A stretch of DNA of 63,734 nt, filler included, from Octopus bimaculoides (lineage: Eukaryota), in NCBI RefSeq assembly GCF_001194135.2. It is 7 parts of 7 records of this genome, joined end to end, with 100 filler letters (N's around TTAATTAATTAA, not from the genome) between each part and the next. Parts side by side here need not be neighbours in the genome. Positions count along the whole stretch, not along the records: positions 62,255 to 63,734 come from NC_068982.1; 6 more parts are not named here. One strand, 5' to 3'. Both the position numbers and the translations under genes were made by a program. A model generated the notes under the pieces. The model was not told where the DNA came from. It made no database searches and was given only the letters and a program-made list of their open reading frames with translations. Positions 63,105 to 63,734 of the stretch are shown piece after piece. Positions within the stretch are counted from its first letter, which is position 1; every line of letters begins with the position of its first letter.

Positions 63105-63310
63105 AGACCACATATGTGCATCTCTGATCACGAGCAAAAGTAGTGGGGAAGCAGCATGGCCATATGGTGAAACGAATTATTTGGGGCTTGAATAATTCAG
63201 CTCTGTAAACTGTTCAGTATCTTCAAACAACCCTTATTCAGAGATGGAGATATTTCGCTACTGCTCTTGCCACTTGCTCGCCCCAAGTCATGAGTGACAC
63301 CGTTACACCT
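63105..63310 (-). mobile_element. Diverged copy of the 56265 repeat family
   Basis: 'catatgtgcatctctgatcacgagca..agtagtgggga...gaataattca...caacccttattcag'. Confidence 0.6.
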
Positions 63311-63639
63311 CTTATCCTTCACTCACCCTAGGACGCTGGGTGTGTTTGGGCCAGTGATTGTAAGAAACGCGCAGATTAAAAGTAAATAATAATAATAATA
63401 GTAATATAAAATAAGATAATTTTGATATAGAATAATAAGATAACAAAAGATAACTTTGATGGGTACAGCCCATATCCTAAGGAAAAGACTATCGAAAATG
63501 GAATAAACGTGGTAATAATTTTAGCCTGCAGAAGAAAGAAAGTGTCCTTCACACTCTTGGCCTCCGGAGGATGCTCGCTACCAAGGAAGCTGAAATAAAG
63601 TTATAATGAAAGGAAACAACAGCAACAGCAACAGCGGCA

Positions 63640-63660
63640 ATAATGATGATAAGAATAATG

Positions 63661-63730
<70 letters not shown>

Positions 63731-63734
63731 TAAT
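63640..63734. repeat. (AAT)n microsatellite
   Basis: Direct reading. Confidence 0.95.

Overview
Repeat-saturated eukaryotic DNA. It is most likely an octopus-type cephalopod draft assembly, inferred from the extreme microsatellite load and the SINE families; the species is not confirmed. The window is not one continuous locus: six 100-bp spacers (44 N + TTAATTAATTAA + 44 N) join seven segments, so adjacency across them is unproven. No host gene is recognisable apart from one candidate exon (51704-52006), and nearly all ORF-track entries are microsatellite or N artefacts. Mobile elements present: two divergent Tx1/L1-clade LINEs (15548-19945 minus, 41835-46288 plus); a near-intact Penelope-like RT (60800-62154); RTE, R4/Dong-like and CR1-like LINE fragments; a mariner pseudogene; probable Helitron remnants; a TA-flanked MITE; and at least five SINE-like families, several nested or amplified into minisatellites. 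The most interesting signal is a ~225-bp inverted repeat at 13114-13338. Its arms carry minimal type-I hammerhead ribozyme cores on opposite strands, one with an intact core. A third copy of that family and a second degenerate hammerhead-like motif occur elsewhere, pointing to a small ribozyme-bearing retroelement family that may depend on Penelope-like elements. Family labels A-E are my own working names. All calls come from reading the sequence; no database search was run.
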